Part shown: positions 20,934 to 30,999 of the stretch, in pieces | Layout: the number at the start of each line of letters is the position of its first letter | How positions within the stretch are numbered: the stretch's first letter is position 1 | From: an uncultured Chloroflexia bacterium | GTDB taxonomy: Bacteria > Chloroflexota > Anaerolineae > JAAYZQ01 | Reading direction: 5' to 3' | NCBI GenBank assembly: GCA_963700285.1 | Contig: CAVOXA010000001.1 | Coordinates: forward strand, 416,001-480,000 | Length of the DNA stretch: 64,000 bases | The notes under the pieces: generated by a model | Databases searched by the model: none | Told to the model about the DNA's origin: nothing | The model's input: the letters and a program-made list of their open reading frames with translations, nothing else | Made by a program: the position numbers and the translations under genes

Positions 20934-22181
20934 TCAAGACAAAAAGTCGCGCAGCTTGCGACTCCGGCTGGGATGGCGCAGCCGTCCTAGCGCCTGGGCT
21001 TCGATCTGACGGATGCGCTCCCGGGTTACACCAAACTTTTTACCCACTTCTTCCAGCGTGTAGCTGTAGCCATCCACCAATCCGAAGCGCAGTTGAAGGA
21101 TCCGGACTTCTCGGGGCGTTAGCGAAACAAAGATGTCGTCGATCTGGTCCCTGAGCAACTGCTGCGATGCCTGGTCGGTGGGCGATGGGGCTTCGCTGTC
21201 TTCGATAAAGTCACCCAGGAAGCTGTCATCCTCCTCTCCTACCGGCATCTCCAGCGAGAGGGGGCGCTGAGCGACCTTGATGGTCCGCTCTACCTTCTTG
21301 GGACCGACACCCAACTCTTTTGCAATCTCCTCGGTGGTTGGATCACGACCCAACTCCTGGACCAACTGGCGAGTGACTCGCGCCAAACGGTTGATCTGTT
21401 CGTACATGTGCACCGGTACGCGGATGGTACGGCCCTGGTCGGCAATGGCCCGCGTTACGGCCTGCCGGATCCACCAGGTAGCGTAGGTAGAGAATTTGAA
21501 TCCTCGCCGGTAGTCGAATTTCTTGACTGCCCGGATGAGGCCGATGTTCCCTTCCTGGATTAGATCGAGGAAAGGTACTCCCCGCCCTACATACTTTTTG
21601 GCCACACTGACCACAAGACGGGAATTGGCCTTGATCAGGTGCTCCTGAGCTGCCTGTCCATCCCTGATCAACTCTCGCAGGTCCCAACGCTCATCTTCGC
21701 TCATGTGGCCGTCCCTACTCAGACGCCACTTGGCGTTACGTCCTGCTTCCATCCGCTTGGCAAGTGACACCTCTTGCTCGGCAGTTAGCAGAGGGATGCG
21801 TCCGATCTCCCTGAGATAGAGGCTAATGGAATCGTCCACGTCAATAGCAGTCAGATCTGCCTCCCCTGACATCGTCTCTGGTTTCGCGGTTTCTATCTTT
21901 TCCTTATCTCTAGCCACAGGCTCTTCCAGCTCAACGTCGCTGATCTCAATTCCCTGCTCGATAAGGGCTGCCAAGGCATCCTCCAGTTGCTCGATATTCA
22001 GTTCGGCTTCAGGGATAGCCTCCATCACGTCGTCGTACGTGACGTATCCCTGGCTGCGCCCCAAACCCAACAGCCCCTCGATGGCTGTTATCCCCTCCAA
22101 ATCCCCATTGGATGGTTCGTCCTTTTGGATCATTGGAGCCTTCTGTTCATCCACCACTTCCACCATACTCATCCTAACCAT
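20934..22181 (-). CDS. rpoD: RNA polymerase primary sigma factor
   Basis: Region 1.1, [42 protein letters not shown] and TRERIRQIE. Confidence 0.95.
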   Translation of the reverse strand: MVRMSMVEVVDEQKAPMIQKDEPSNGDLEGITAIEGLLGLGRSQGYVTYDDVMEAIPEAELNIEQLEDALAALIEQGIEISDVELEEPVARDKEKIETAKPETMSGEADLTAIDVDDSISLYLREIGRIPLLTAEQEVSLAKRMEAGRNAKWRLSRDGHMSEDERWDLRELIRDGQAAQEHLIKANSRLVVSVAKKYVGRGVPFLDLIQEGNIGLIRAVKKFDYRRGFKFSTYATWWIRQAVTRAIADQGRTIRVPVHMYEQINRLARVTRQLVQELGRDPTTEEIAKELGVGPKKVERTIKVAQRPLSLEMPVGEEDDSFLGDFIEDSEAPSPTDQASQQLLRDQIDDIFVSLTPREVRILQLRFGLVDGYSYTLEEVGKKFGVTRERIRQIEAQALGRLRHPSRSRKLRDFLS

Positions 22182-22735
22182 TCTCTCCCACTTGCTGGGC
22201 TTGGCGATAGCACTCATGCCAAGGGCGGCAGCCCAGCTTGTGATCGACTTGATCCCCACACACCAAATGAGAGCCGGGCAAGATTGCATTGAGCAGCCAA
22301 TTTAGTCGGCACGATATTGTAAGGCCAGCATCTCCTTGCCGTCAGTAACCAAGGTCACACCTTCCCCGGCCAAGTACTCGCACCGGCAGAGGGAGGCGGC
22401 AACCATCTTGCCCAGCAAAGCTTAAAGCAGTAGTCACGGAGTGACCGTCTCATCTATGCCGCTAGACCCCCAGAGTCCAAGGATCATCCCCTACTCGACC
22501 TCAGCTAGACCTGGATCAGAGCCCTCCTACCTAAGGCAGGAGGAGAATGCAACCAACACCATTATACCACGGAAAGGGAAAAAGTGTACCCCCCAGTTTT
22601 CTAAAAATATGTAAATTCGGTGCTCAAAACAGATATCTATGGCAAGTTTGAGCAACCGATGGAACCTTTTCTGCGGCCCGGAGGTGTCGCAAGCGAACCG
22701 TCTGGGTGCTACGGAGCGCCGGGGGCCTGGTTCAT

Positions 22736-22764
22736 TTGACAATACACGTCATCGGTTGTAAAAT
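22736..22764 (+). promoter_or_regulatory. sigma70 promoter of hppA
   Basis: TTGACA-N17-TAAAAT. Confidence 0.75.
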
Positions 22765-22893
22765 GTTGCGCGTTCACGCCGCCTAGGTACGAGTAGCAGC
22801 CAGAGCCCGGGCCCTCCGAGGCTTTGATTAGATCAGTGGCTGGCCCCGAGGCGACACGCGACATCGACATCTTGTTCAAGGAGGATCGAATAC

Positions 22894-25149
22894 ATGTCAG
22901 CACTCAATAGTTTCGAGCAGACCATGCTTTGGGGCGTGCTCGTAGTGGCATTTATTGCCCTGATCTATGCCTGGTGGTTGTGGCGCGACACGGTGCGCCG
23001 CGACAAGGGCAGCAAAGCGATGCAGGAGGTCTGGCTGGCAGTGAAGGTGGGCGCCAATGCCTACCTGGGACGGCAGTTGCGGACGATGCTGCCCATCCTG
23101 GCGCTGCTGGCCGTGGTCTTGTTCTTCAGCGTCTTTGTGGTCGAGCCAACTCGCGAAGCAAGGGAGGTGTTTCCCACCGAGGACGCCGCTCGCTTGTGGT
23201 TGGGAATTGGACGGAGCCTGGCCTTTATCCTTGGCGCAGGCTTTTCGATGCTGGTCGGGCAATTGGGCATGCGGGTGGCCATTGAGGGCAACATCCGGGT
23301 CGCGGCTGAAGCGGTTCGGGGCAATTATAACGGCGCGCTGACTGTGGCCTACCGGGCTGGTACCTTCACCGGGATGCTGACCGACGGCCTGGGCCTGCTG
23401 GGCGGTACCGCCATCTTTATGGTGTTCGCCCAGGCTGCCCCAGACGCCTTGCTTGGCTTTGGCCTGGGTGGTACGTTGGTGGCCCTCTTTATGCGCATCG
23501 GCGGAGGCATCTACACCAAGGCCGCTGACGTGGGCGCCGACTTGGTGGGGAAGGTGGAGCAGGGTTTGCCTGAGGATGACCCGCGCAATGCCGCTGTCAT
23601 CGCGGATCTGGTGGGCGACAACGTGGGCGACTGTGCCGGCATGGCCGCTGACATCTTTGAGAGCTACGAGGTCACCATCGTCTCGACGTTGATCCTGGGG
23701 CTGGTTTTGATGTACCAAACCGGCGATACCTTCTGGATCGTTTACCCCCTCATCGTACGGGCCATCGGCGTCATCTCTTCCATCTTTGGCACTTTTACGG
23801 TCCCGATCTGGGAGAAATTCCCCATCAAGTTCCTGCGGGCCCATGACGCCGAGGAGGCAATGTTCCGCTCCTACGAGGTGTCTTCCATTAATACCATCAT
23901 CTTTGCCTTTCTCTTCTCCTGGTTCTACGCCGGCGAGTGGCAGTTGGCGACGCTGAACGCTGTTGGTGTGGGGCTGGCCGTGGCCTTTAACCCACTCACT
24001 TCCCTCTTTACTTCGATCAAGCGCAAGCCGGTGCAGGAGATTGCCGAGTCCACCCAAACAGGCTCGGCCACGACAATCCTATCCGGTCTGGCTGTGGGAA
24101 TGGAGGCCAGTGTGTGGAGCCTGGTGGCGATTGTCATTGCGCTTTCCGCCGCCCTGATTGTCTTCCGGGGAGAGCCCATCATCTATACGTTCTACGGCGT
24201 GGCGATGGTCGGCATTGGCATGCTCTCACACACCGGCAACAACGTGGCCATGGACGCCTACGGTCCCATTGCAGACAATGCGGCTGGCATCGGGGAGATG
24301 GCCGGCGTTGGGGACCAGGCCAGATCTCTGCTGGACGAGCTGGATGCGGTGGGCAATACCACCAAGGCCATCACCAAACAGGTTGCTATTGCCTCAGCAG
24401 TGGTGGCCGCCACAGCTCTCTTTTTCTCTTTTGTGGCCGATGCATTGACCCTGGCCTATCCCGGTATGAGCGTTGAGGATCTGCTGGAGCAGGGCATTTC
24501 GATCGCCTCTCTGACAGGCATCATCGGCCTCCTGTTGGGTGGAGCGTTGCCTTTCTTGTTCTCAGCCTTCTCGCTGAGGGCCGTGGCCCGCGGCGCCAAC
24601 CTGGTTGTTGACGAGGTCCGCCGCCAGTTCAGGGTTCCGGGCGTGCTCGAAGGCACAGCGAAGCCGGATTACGGCAAAGTGGTGACTATCGCGACCTCCT
24701 CTGCCCAGAAGGAGTTGGTCAGCCTGGTCGCTCTATCAATCGGCGTGCCCCTGTTGGTCGGCGTCATTTTTGACGTGAAAGCGCTGGGCACCTTCCTGGC
24801 TGGCGTCATCCTGACTGGCCAGTTGCTGGCAGTCTTTATGGCTATCGCCGGTGGCGCACTGGACAATGCCAAAAAGTACATCGAGGATGGTCACTATGGC
24901 GGCAAAGGCTCGCCAGCTCATAAGGCGGGCGTAGAGGGTGATACGGTGGGCGACCCGCTCAAGGACACGGCCGGCCCGGCGCTGAACCCGATGATCAAGG
25001 TCGTGAACCTGGTGAGCTTGCTGGCTGCACCCTTGATCATCCAGGCGCAGGGTACCATTGGGCTCTGGATCGCTGGCGTTGGCCTGGCTGCCCTGGTCAT
25101 CTGGGCCATCTGGACGAGCAAGAAGGACGTGAATGTGGGTCTGGGCTAG
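22894..25149 (+). CDS. hppA: Membrane pyrophosphate-energized pump, K+-independent type
   Basis: GGGIYTKAADVGADLVGKVE and DNVGD motifs; GNTTKA carries the Lys that marks K+-independent enzymes; GDTVGDPLKD. Confidence 0.95.
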   Translation: MSALNSFEQTMLWGVLVVAFIALIYAWWLWRDTVRRDKGSKAMQEVWLAVKVGANAYLGRQLRTMLPILALLAVVLFFSVFVVEPTREAREVFPTEDAARLWLGIGRSLAFILGAGFSMLVGQLGMRVAIEGNIRVAAEAVRGNYNGALTVAYRAGTFTGMLTDGLGLLGGTAIFMVFAQAAPDALLGFGLGGTLVALFMRIGGGIYTKAADVGADLVGKVEQGLPEDDPRNAAVIADLVGDNVGDCAGMAADIFESYEVTIVSTLILGLVLMYQTGDTFWIVYPLIVRAIGVISSIFGTFTVPIWEKFPIKFLRAHDAEEAMFRSYEVSSINTIIFAFLFSWFYAGEWQLATLNAVGVGLAVAFNPLTSLFTSIKRKPVQEIAESTQTGSATTILSGLAVGMEASVWSLVAIVIALSAALIVFRGEPIIYTFYGVAMVGIGMLSHTGNNVAMDAYGPIADNAAGIGEMAGVGDQARSLLDELDAVGNTTKAITKQVAIASAVVAATALFFSFVADALTLAYPGMSVEDLLEQGISIASLTGIIGLLLGGALPFLFSAFSLRAVARGANLVVDEVRRQFRVPGVLEGTAKPDYGKVVTIATSSAQKELVSLVALSIGVPLLVGVIFDVKALGTFLAGVILTGQLLAVFMAIAGGALDNAKKYIEDGHYGGKGSPAHKAGVEGDTVGDPLKDTAGPALNPMIKVVNLVSLLAAPLIIQAQGTIGLWIAGVGLAALVIWAIWTSKKDVNVGLG

Positions 25150-25174
25150 CAAGTCCGGAGTACGGGAATGAGAA

Positions 25175-25203
25175 AGGGCTGGGGGATTGTACCCCCCAGC
25201 CCT
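25175..25203. terminator. Hairpin between convergent hppA and tyrS
   Basis: AGGGCTGGGGG / CCCCCAGCCCT 11-bp stem. Confidence 0.7.
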
Positions 25204-25242
25204 CTGTTCGTGGTGTACGTGTCGCTACCCCCTCAAGTCCGG

Positions 25243-26475
25243 TTACCTTGCGATGATCCTATGGTACCGCTTCTTGCCAGCGCGGAGGAGGATGTCGCCA
25301 TCTACCAGGTTCTCAGTTGTAATGAGCGCGTCAACGGCGCTCACTGGCACGTCATTGACGTAGGCACCCATCTGCTGGATCAGGCGGCGGGCGTCGCCTC
25401 GAGAGCGGCAGAGCCCTGCCCGCTGAAACAGCTCGGGAGCCGGGATCCCGGCTTGTAGTTCACCCGCATCGACCTCGGTGGTAGGGACCGCATCGCTTAC
25501 CATGCCCTTGCCGAAAAGCTCGCGAGACGTATTTCGGGCCTCATGGGCCGCGTCTTGGCCGTGGAGTGTTTTGGTCGCCTCGAAGGCCAGTACCTCCTTC
25601 GCCTGGCGGATCTCGGCGCCGGAAAGCCGGCCAAGTTCGTGGACCTGATCCATGGGCAGAAAGGTAAAGATGGCCAGGAAACGCTCCACATCGGCATCCT
25701 CAGTATTGATCCAGTACTGGTAGAATTCGTAAGGCGAGGTCAGCTCGGGATCTAGCCAGATCGCACCCTCCGCTGTCTTGCCCATCTTTGCCCCGGAGCT
25801 TGTGGTCAGCAGTGGGTAGGTCAGAGCGAATGCCTGCGCAGCCTCTTTCCTGCGAATCAGGTCCACACCAGCCAGGATGTTGCCCCATTGGTCATTGCCG
25901 CCTGCCTGGAGCACGCAGCCGCGCGTCCGGTGGAGATGCAAAAAGTCATAGGACTGCAGAAGCATGTAGTTGAACTCGAGAAAGTTGAGCCCCCCCTCGC
26001 TGTCGTAGCGCCGACGGTAACCCTCAGCGGCCAGCATGCGATTGACGCTGAAGTGGCGGCCGATGTCGCGCAAGAACTCCACATAGTTGAGCGGCCGCAA
26101 CCAATCGGCATTGTTTAGCATGAGCGCCTTGTCCTGGGAAAAGTCAAGGAGGTTGGCCATCTGCTTTCTCAGATTGGCGACGTTGGCGTCGATTTGCTCA
26201 ACGGAAAGGAGCTTGCGCATCTCGTCTTTGTCACTGGGATCACCGATCATGCCCGTGCCACCGCCCATGAGGGCGATGGGTTTGTGACCGTGCCGCTGCA
26301 AGTGGGCCAGGGCCATGATGGGAACCAAGTGGCCCACATGAAAGCTAGGCGCGCTTGGATCAAAGCCCACGTAGCAGGTAATGGGCTGCTCCACAGCAGC
26401 CCGTACCCCCTCTTCGTCCGACACCTGTTCGATGAATCCTCGTTCCCTCAGTACGTCGTAGGCATTTGTGGTCAC
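25243..26475 (-). CDS. tyrS: Tyrosine--tRNA ligase
   Basis: YVGFDPSAPSFHVGH, GGNDQWGNI, KMGKT and a C-terminal S4 domain ending RAGKK. Confidence 0.97.
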   Translation of the reverse strand: MTTNAYDVLRERGFIEQVSDEEGVRAAVEQPITCYVGFDPSAPSFHVGHLVPIMALAHLQRHGHKPIALMGGGTGMIGDPSDKDEMRKLLSVEQIDANVANLRKQMANLLDFSQDKALMLNNADWLRPLNYVEFLRDIGRHFSVNRMLAAEGYRRRYDSEGGLNFLEFNYMLLQSYDFLHLHRTRGCVLQAGGNDQWGNILAGVDLIRRKEAAQAFALTYPLLTTSSGAKMGKTAEGAIWLDPELTSPYEFYQYWINTEDADVERFLAIFTFLPMDQVHELGRLSGAEIRQAKEVLAFEATKTLHGQDAAHEARNTSRELFGKGMVSDAVPTTEVDAGELQAGIPAPELFQRAGLCRSRGDARRLIQQMGAYVNDVPVSAVDALITTENLVDGDILLRAGKKRYHRIIAR

Positions 26476-26550
26476 GTCCCCATCCTCCTGACTTGCTGCT
26501 GATTGATGTGTCCCGCTCGGACAGCGCGCCCTAGCGGTTTGGTCCTGAAC

Positions 26551-26589
26551 AAATCAAAGGCCCCGGCACTCACTTGGAGGCCGGGGCTT
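26551..26589 (-). terminator. Attenuator terminator upstream of tyrS
   Basis: GCCCCGGC/GCCGGGGC stem followed by CTTTGATTT on the minus strand. Confidence 0.7.
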
Positions 26590-26640
26590 GTGTGTGTTCA
26601 GCACGACGTGCATGAGCACTCTGGCTGTGCTAGGCAATTG

Positions 26641-26718
26641 TCATCTGCCCAGAGGCCTCCCCAGCCAACCGGCATAATCGTCGGTATAATAGAACGCCTC
26701 AGCCAGCAAAGAGTACAT
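26641..26718 (-). CDS. Tyr-rich leader peptide of tyrS (MYSLLAEAFYYTDDYAGWLGRPLGR)
   Basis: GGAG 6 nt before the ATG; 4 Tyr in 25 aa including YY; lies between the promoter and the terminator. Confidence 0.7.
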   Translation of the reverse strand: MYSLLAEAFYYTDDYAGWLGRPLGR

Positions 26719-26792
26719 CCAATGCTCCATGGATACTATCTCTGTCTTTTACCAATCCTCTGTGCTCTGGAGCGGAGATCCAGAGCGCGCCA

Positions 26793-26821
26793 AGTATAGC
26801 ACATGTCCGCAATTCTGGCAA
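26793..26821 (-). promoter_or_regulatory. sigma70 promoter of the tyrS leader
   Basis: TTGCCA-N17-TATACT with an extended TG. Confidence 0.65.
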
Positions 26822-26899
26822 ACTGCCGCTTCGCTGGTAATAGGCATTAGGCATGCCTGGCCAATGCTACCCGCTGTGGCGTTGAGGTCCGTCTTTCTC

Positions 26900-27376
26900 T
26901 CAGCGAGCGTGCTGGCTGCGCTGCACGGCCCACTCGATGATGTCCGGGGTCCTGGCGACTGGCGTACAGAGGCGCTGGGGATCAGGTTGAATGCCGATGC
27001 GCCCCAGATCCAGCCGGTCAGAATCCCAGCATGCCTGGACTGTGACATCGGCATCCATCAGTCCATCGCTGTGATGGATACAGGCATAGGTCAGGAGTTC
27101 CAGCCTCTCCTCACAAAGTGACAGATAGGAGCCCTGCAGGCTCTGAGCAAAGGCCGCGGCCCGGCGTCCATGTTCCAGGTCCCAACCTTCGGTGAGCCGC
27201 TGGGAATCGTGGAGGTAGGCAAACAGCTCCGTGAGCTCTGGGTCTGCTCCCGTTTCTTTGGCTAGGCGCAGTCCATTCTCACACACACGCGCCCAGTGAT
27301 GGATACCGTGGATGCCCTCCAGGTCCAAGGCAAAGCCGCGCTGGATAAGGCTCATCAAGTCTCTGGAAATTGGCAT
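26900..27376 (-). CDS. Small HD-superfamily hydrolase
   Basis: IHGIHHWARV, FAYLHDSQR and CWDSDRLDLGR. Confidence 0.85.
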   Translation of the reverse strand: MPISRDLMSLIQRGFALDLEGIHGIHHWARVCENGLRLAKETGADPELTELFAYLHDSQRLTEGWDLEHGRRAAAFAQSLQGSYLSLCEERLELLTYACIHHSDGLMDADVTVQACWDSDRLDLGRIGIQPDPQRLCTPVARTPDIIEWAVQRSQHAR

Positions 27377-27538
27377 TGTGGTGGCTCTCCTTGAACATCT
27401 GCGAATTCGGGTAATCAGATGAGAGTATAGCATGCTTTCTGTTGCTTGCCAAGTGAGGGCAGATTTGTCCTGTAAGAGGCCGCAGCGGCTGCGAGCTTTC
27501 GGTCCGCCCCAGCAGACCTCCGCGGGCCGAGATGGCTT

Positions 27539-27614
27539 CTACATAGAACCTCCATCTGATTTTCACCAAAACTCTAGAGTGTCGGTAGAAATCTCCATCT
27601 CTGTCTGATACACT
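27539..27614 (+). promoter_or_regulatory. Phased YTNCA-like repeats plus -10 box
   Basis: CTACA/CTCCA/TTTCA/CTCTA at 11-bp period from 27539, then CTCCA(27593)-N11-TACACT. Confidence 0.5.
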
Positions 27615-27802
27615 GAGGTGGACAGTCACAATCGAGGATCCATGCTCGTACCCTGGGACAAGCAGGATCGATCTGCTGCCCGGCCTTTGCGCTTTGCCCC
27701 TCACACAGAACGCGTATCTCCATGCCTCTGCAAAGCAAAGGACTGTTGGCTCCCCCCCGGGAAGTGACCGCGGATGCCTGCCTGGCTTGGCAGCGATCAG
27801 GT

Positions 27803-27828
27803 GTAACGTTCTGCCACCCAAGCCGTTA
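27803..27828 (+). promoter_or_regulatory. ECF-type promoter upstream of the DUF5666 gene
   Basis: GTAAC-N16-CGTTA, same elements and spacing as the motif upstream of the ECF sigma gene. Confidence 0.6.
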
Positions 27829-28054
27829 GACAGATGATTGGCACGGCACCTGTTGAGTCCGTTCAGGATAATCAAGGGGGGGTAAGATTGCCCAGGTAAG
27901 CATCCGCATATCGCTTCAGTGCAAGGAGGCCAACGATGTAGCGTAGCCAGTTGAGCAGTTGCTCGTCGATCGTGGACATTCGGTCCTGAATGGACCAAAC
28001 CAGTCTGTTCCAAGCGGGCATTCCACTAGTCAGTCTAAAACGAGGAGGTTTGTC

Positions 28055-28996
28055 ATGAAGAAACGTTCCGCAATACTGATTCTCGCTTTGCTTTTGACCT
28101 TGGTGGTCACAGTGTCTCCTGCTCTGGCTCAAGCCAGGCCGGTTCACGTTGCGGGAGTGATCATCGCCGTGGATGCCGGTGCATCCCAGTTTACAGTAAA
28201 GCCCCGTTACCGAGATGCGTTGACAGTCCAGACCTCGGTTGACACCGAGTACTTTCGCAAGATTCAGCACAGTGGCCTGGAACCCATCTCCTTTGACAAC
28301 CTGGGGGTCGGAAATCAGGTCAAAGTTGCTGGCACGTGGGAGGGCGAGGTGCTGCAAGCCGGCAACGTGGTTGTGATGCCAGCCATCTCACCTCCTCCAG
28401 TTGTGATACATGGTGCTATCGCTGTTCTGAATACCAGCAACGGTACCATGACAGTTGAGCCCCGGACAGGGAGTGCGGTCATCGTGCAGACTTTTGGGGA
28501 GACCGAGTTTTTTCGCACTGTCCAGCATGGCCGTCTGGTGCCGATCGATTTCACAGACTTGGCTGTTGAGGAATGGGTCAAAGTGCAGGGCGCCTGGGAT
28601 GGTGACGTGCTCAATGCCATACGGGTGACTGTGATGCCCTTCGCGCCCGCGCCTCCACCACGGCTGGTGGCCGGTAGCATTGGGGAGCTGCTTTCCGAGA
28701 GCGATTTCAGCCTTGATCATCAGCGCCGAGAGGCGATCACGGTCAAGACGGTGGAAACTACAAAGTTCTACCGGACACTTGGTTGGGGGCGCCTTGAGCC
28801 GATCACCTTTGGTGATCTTGCAGTTGGAGACTGGGTGGCTGTCCTGGGCAAATGGGATGGCGAAGTACTGAACGCCGATGTCGTGACCGTGACGCGTGGC
28901 CACGGTGGCGAGGCGGAGGGCGTCCTCGAGGCCGGAGAGGTCTTTGAGGCCGACGAACTCGTGGACGAGATAGATACACTTCAGATCCAGCCATAA
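28055..28996 (+). CDS. Secreted protein with three DUF5666-like (OB-fold-like) repeats
   Basis: AGGAGG RBS, signal peptide MKKRSAILIL..ALA and three repeats of T.FxR...L.PI.F.DL.VG.WV.V.G.W.G.VL.A. Confidence 0.8.
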   Translation: MKKRSAILILALLLTLVVTVSPALAQARPVHVAGVIIAVDAGASQFTVKPRYRDALTVQTSVDTEYFRKIQHSGLEPISFDNLGVGNQVKVAGTWEGEVLQAGNVVVMPAISPPPVVIHGAIAVLNTSNGTMTVEPRTGSAVIVQTFGETEFFRTVQHGRLVPIDFTDLAVEEWVKVQGAWDGDVLNAIRVTVMPFAPAPPPRLVAGSIGELLSESDFSLDHQRREAITVKTVETTKFYRTLGWGRLEPITFGDLAVGDWVAVLGKWDGEVLNADVVTVTRGHGGEAEGVLEAGEVFEADELVDEIDTLQIQP

Positions 28997-29103
28997 GCTG
29001 CTGTACCTGCGTCTGTGAGTGGACCTAAACCGTTCAGAGCCTGCCGAGGGGAGGAAGCCTCTCTGATGGTGGGCTCTGTATCGTTATTCTACAGGATCGA
29101 GGG

Positions 29104-30789
29104 ATGTGCATGAAAGCCGAGGGTACTGCAGAGAAGCGACTGTTCGTCCGGCACGCGCCATGGCTGCTGTTGACTATGGTCATTCTGGTTGCCCTGGAGG
29201 TCAGCCTACTGGCTGCGTATACCGGATCGGACGTCTTTTACGTCTGTCCAGCTGGCCCACCGGCGTGTGACTATGGCTCCATTCAGGATGCCGTGGACGC
29301 GGCTGCTGATGGCGATACCATCAAGGTGGCAGAAGGTACTTATACGGGCGTTCATGAGCGCACCGCTCCAGCTAGCTATGAGGGACCGGCCAACCTTCGC
29401 CAGATGGTCTACCTCACCAAAACGGTGACGATCCAGGGTGGCTATGCTATGGACGATTGGACTACTCCCAACTTGGTGGCTCATCCCACAGTGCTGGACG
29501 CTCAGGGTCTGGGACGGGTAGTGCTGATTGCTGGAGAGCATACACCTGCGATCAAGAGTTTGCGCCTGACCGGCGGGGATGCGTCGGATCTGGGTGGTAC
29601 GCTGTCGACAGACGCGGGCGGCGGCATCTATGTCCTCACTTCCGCGGCAACGATCGAGCAATGTCTCATCTATGGGAACATCGCTGGCACAACCGAGTGG
29701 GGCGGCGCTGGAGGTGGCCTATACCTGGCCTCCAGCGCCGCTTCTATCCGGGACAATACCATCCGGAATAATACTGCCGCTACTGTAGGCGAAGGCTTTG
29801 GCGGTGGTCTGTCCCTGTATGATAGCAAAGCCACGGTCAGCAACAATGAGATCCATGATAACACGGCCAGTACCGGTAATTGGGGACACGGGGGCGGCGT
29901 GGACCTATACGCTAGCGCAGCGACAGTGAGGAGCAATGAGATCCTCAGCAATACTGCCAGCACGTCTGACCAGGGCTTCGGTGGCGGACTGCATTTGGAG
30001 GAATCTGCAGCCAATGTAACGGGAAATACAATCCAGGGCAATATTGCCAGCAAGGAGACTGAAGGCGGTGGCGGCGGATTGTCCGTGATCGGTGCTGGCC
30101 CGCTGCTCCGTGACAATGTCATCCAGAACAACGTCGCTAGTGCCAGTAGTGCCAGCTATGCATATGGTGGCGGGCTAAATCTCTGGAAAAGCGATGCCAA
30201 GCTGAACGGCAATGTGATCCGTGACAATGTTGCCAGCATGGGGGACTGGGGATTTGGCGGGGGGCTGAACCTGTCTGAAAGCGAGGCTGTGCTGGAGAAC
30301 AACGCGATTATCGACAATCGGGCCGGTGGTCATGGTTCTGGCCTGTTTATCGGAGGAAAGGCGCCAACCCTGACCCACACGACCATCGCGCGCAATCGGG
30401 AGGGCGATGATAGCGGGCTCTATGTCGCTGACAACAGCGCGCTAGTCCTTTCGAATACGATCCTCGTGGGCCAGGGGACGGGTATCATCGTCGAGGAAGG
30501 TACCAGTGCTGAATTGGAGGGCGTGCTGTGGTATGCCAACGGGAACAACAGCGGTGGCGGCGGCAGCTTCAATGTGTCCAAGGCGGCCACCGGCAATCCA
30601 GCTTTTGCTATCGATGGCTACCACATTCTCGCAGAATCGGCAGCCATCAATGCAGGTGTAGATGCGGGAGTGGGTGTGGACATCGACGGCCAGGCGCGGC
30701 CAAACCAGCTTGTGGATCTGGGGGCCGACGAATACTGGCCACCTGCTGGACAGAGTCACATCTATTTGCCACTGGTGTGGTCCAGGTAG
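29104..30789 (+). CDS. Secreted right-handed parallel beta-helix protein with C-terminal IYLPLV motif
   Basis: CDYGSIQDAVDAA..GDTIKVAEGTY, repeated NxAxxxxxGxGGGL, DIDGQARP...DLGADE. Confidence 0.85.
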   Translation: MCMKAEGTAEKRLFVRHAPWLLLTMVILVALEVSLLAAYTGSDVFYVCPAGPPACDYGSIQDAVDAAADGDTIKVAEGTYTGVHERTAPASYEGPANLRQMVYLTKTVTIQGGYAMDDWTTPNLVAHPTVLDAQGLGRVVLIAGEHTPAIKSLRLTGGDASDLGGTLSTDAGGGIYVLTSAATIEQCLIYGNIAGTTEWGGAGGGLYLASSAASIRDNTIRNNTAATVGEGFGGGLSLYDSKATVSNNEIHDNTASTGNWGHGGGVDLYASAATVRSNEILSNTASTSDQGFGGGLHLEESAANVTGNTIQGNIASKETEGGGGGLSVIGAGPLLRDNVIQNNVASASSASYAYGGGLNLWKSDAKLNGNVIRDNVASMGDWGFGGGLNLSESEAVLENNAIIDNRAGGHGSGLFIGGKAPTLTHTTIARNREGDDSGLYVADNSALVLSNTILVGQGTGIIVEEGTSAELEGVLWYANGNNSGGGGSFNVSKAATGNPAFAIDGYHILAESAAINAGVDAGVGVDIDGQARPNQLVDLGADEYWPPAGQSHIYLPLVWSR

Positions 30790-30999
30790 CGAGGGAGGGC
30801 ATCCTCCCGAATCTCGCTACCCCCATAGCACAAAACACAGCGCAAACTCGGCGCCGTGCGCGATGCGAATAAAAGCACCGATCTGTCTTTCGTGGGTGAC
30901 TGGGAGGCCTCCGAGGCAGCGAGCCGAAGGTTCGTTGCCCTCGAGGCCTTCTTCGTGTGGCCAGACAGCCATCTGTCTGGGAGGCAGCCGAGTAATCTG

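Noticed and set aside
22770-22893. Riboswitch (e.g. yybP-ykoY) in the hppA leader
   Set aside because: A nested stem (CGCCT/AGGCG, CAGCCA/TGGCTG) and a GAGTAGC are present, but other consensus elements do not match by eye; an Rfam scan would be needed.
26480-26790. T-box riboswitch upstream of tyrS
   Set aside because: No GGTGGNACC-type T-box bulge or specifier stem was recognised; the leader-peptide model fits better.
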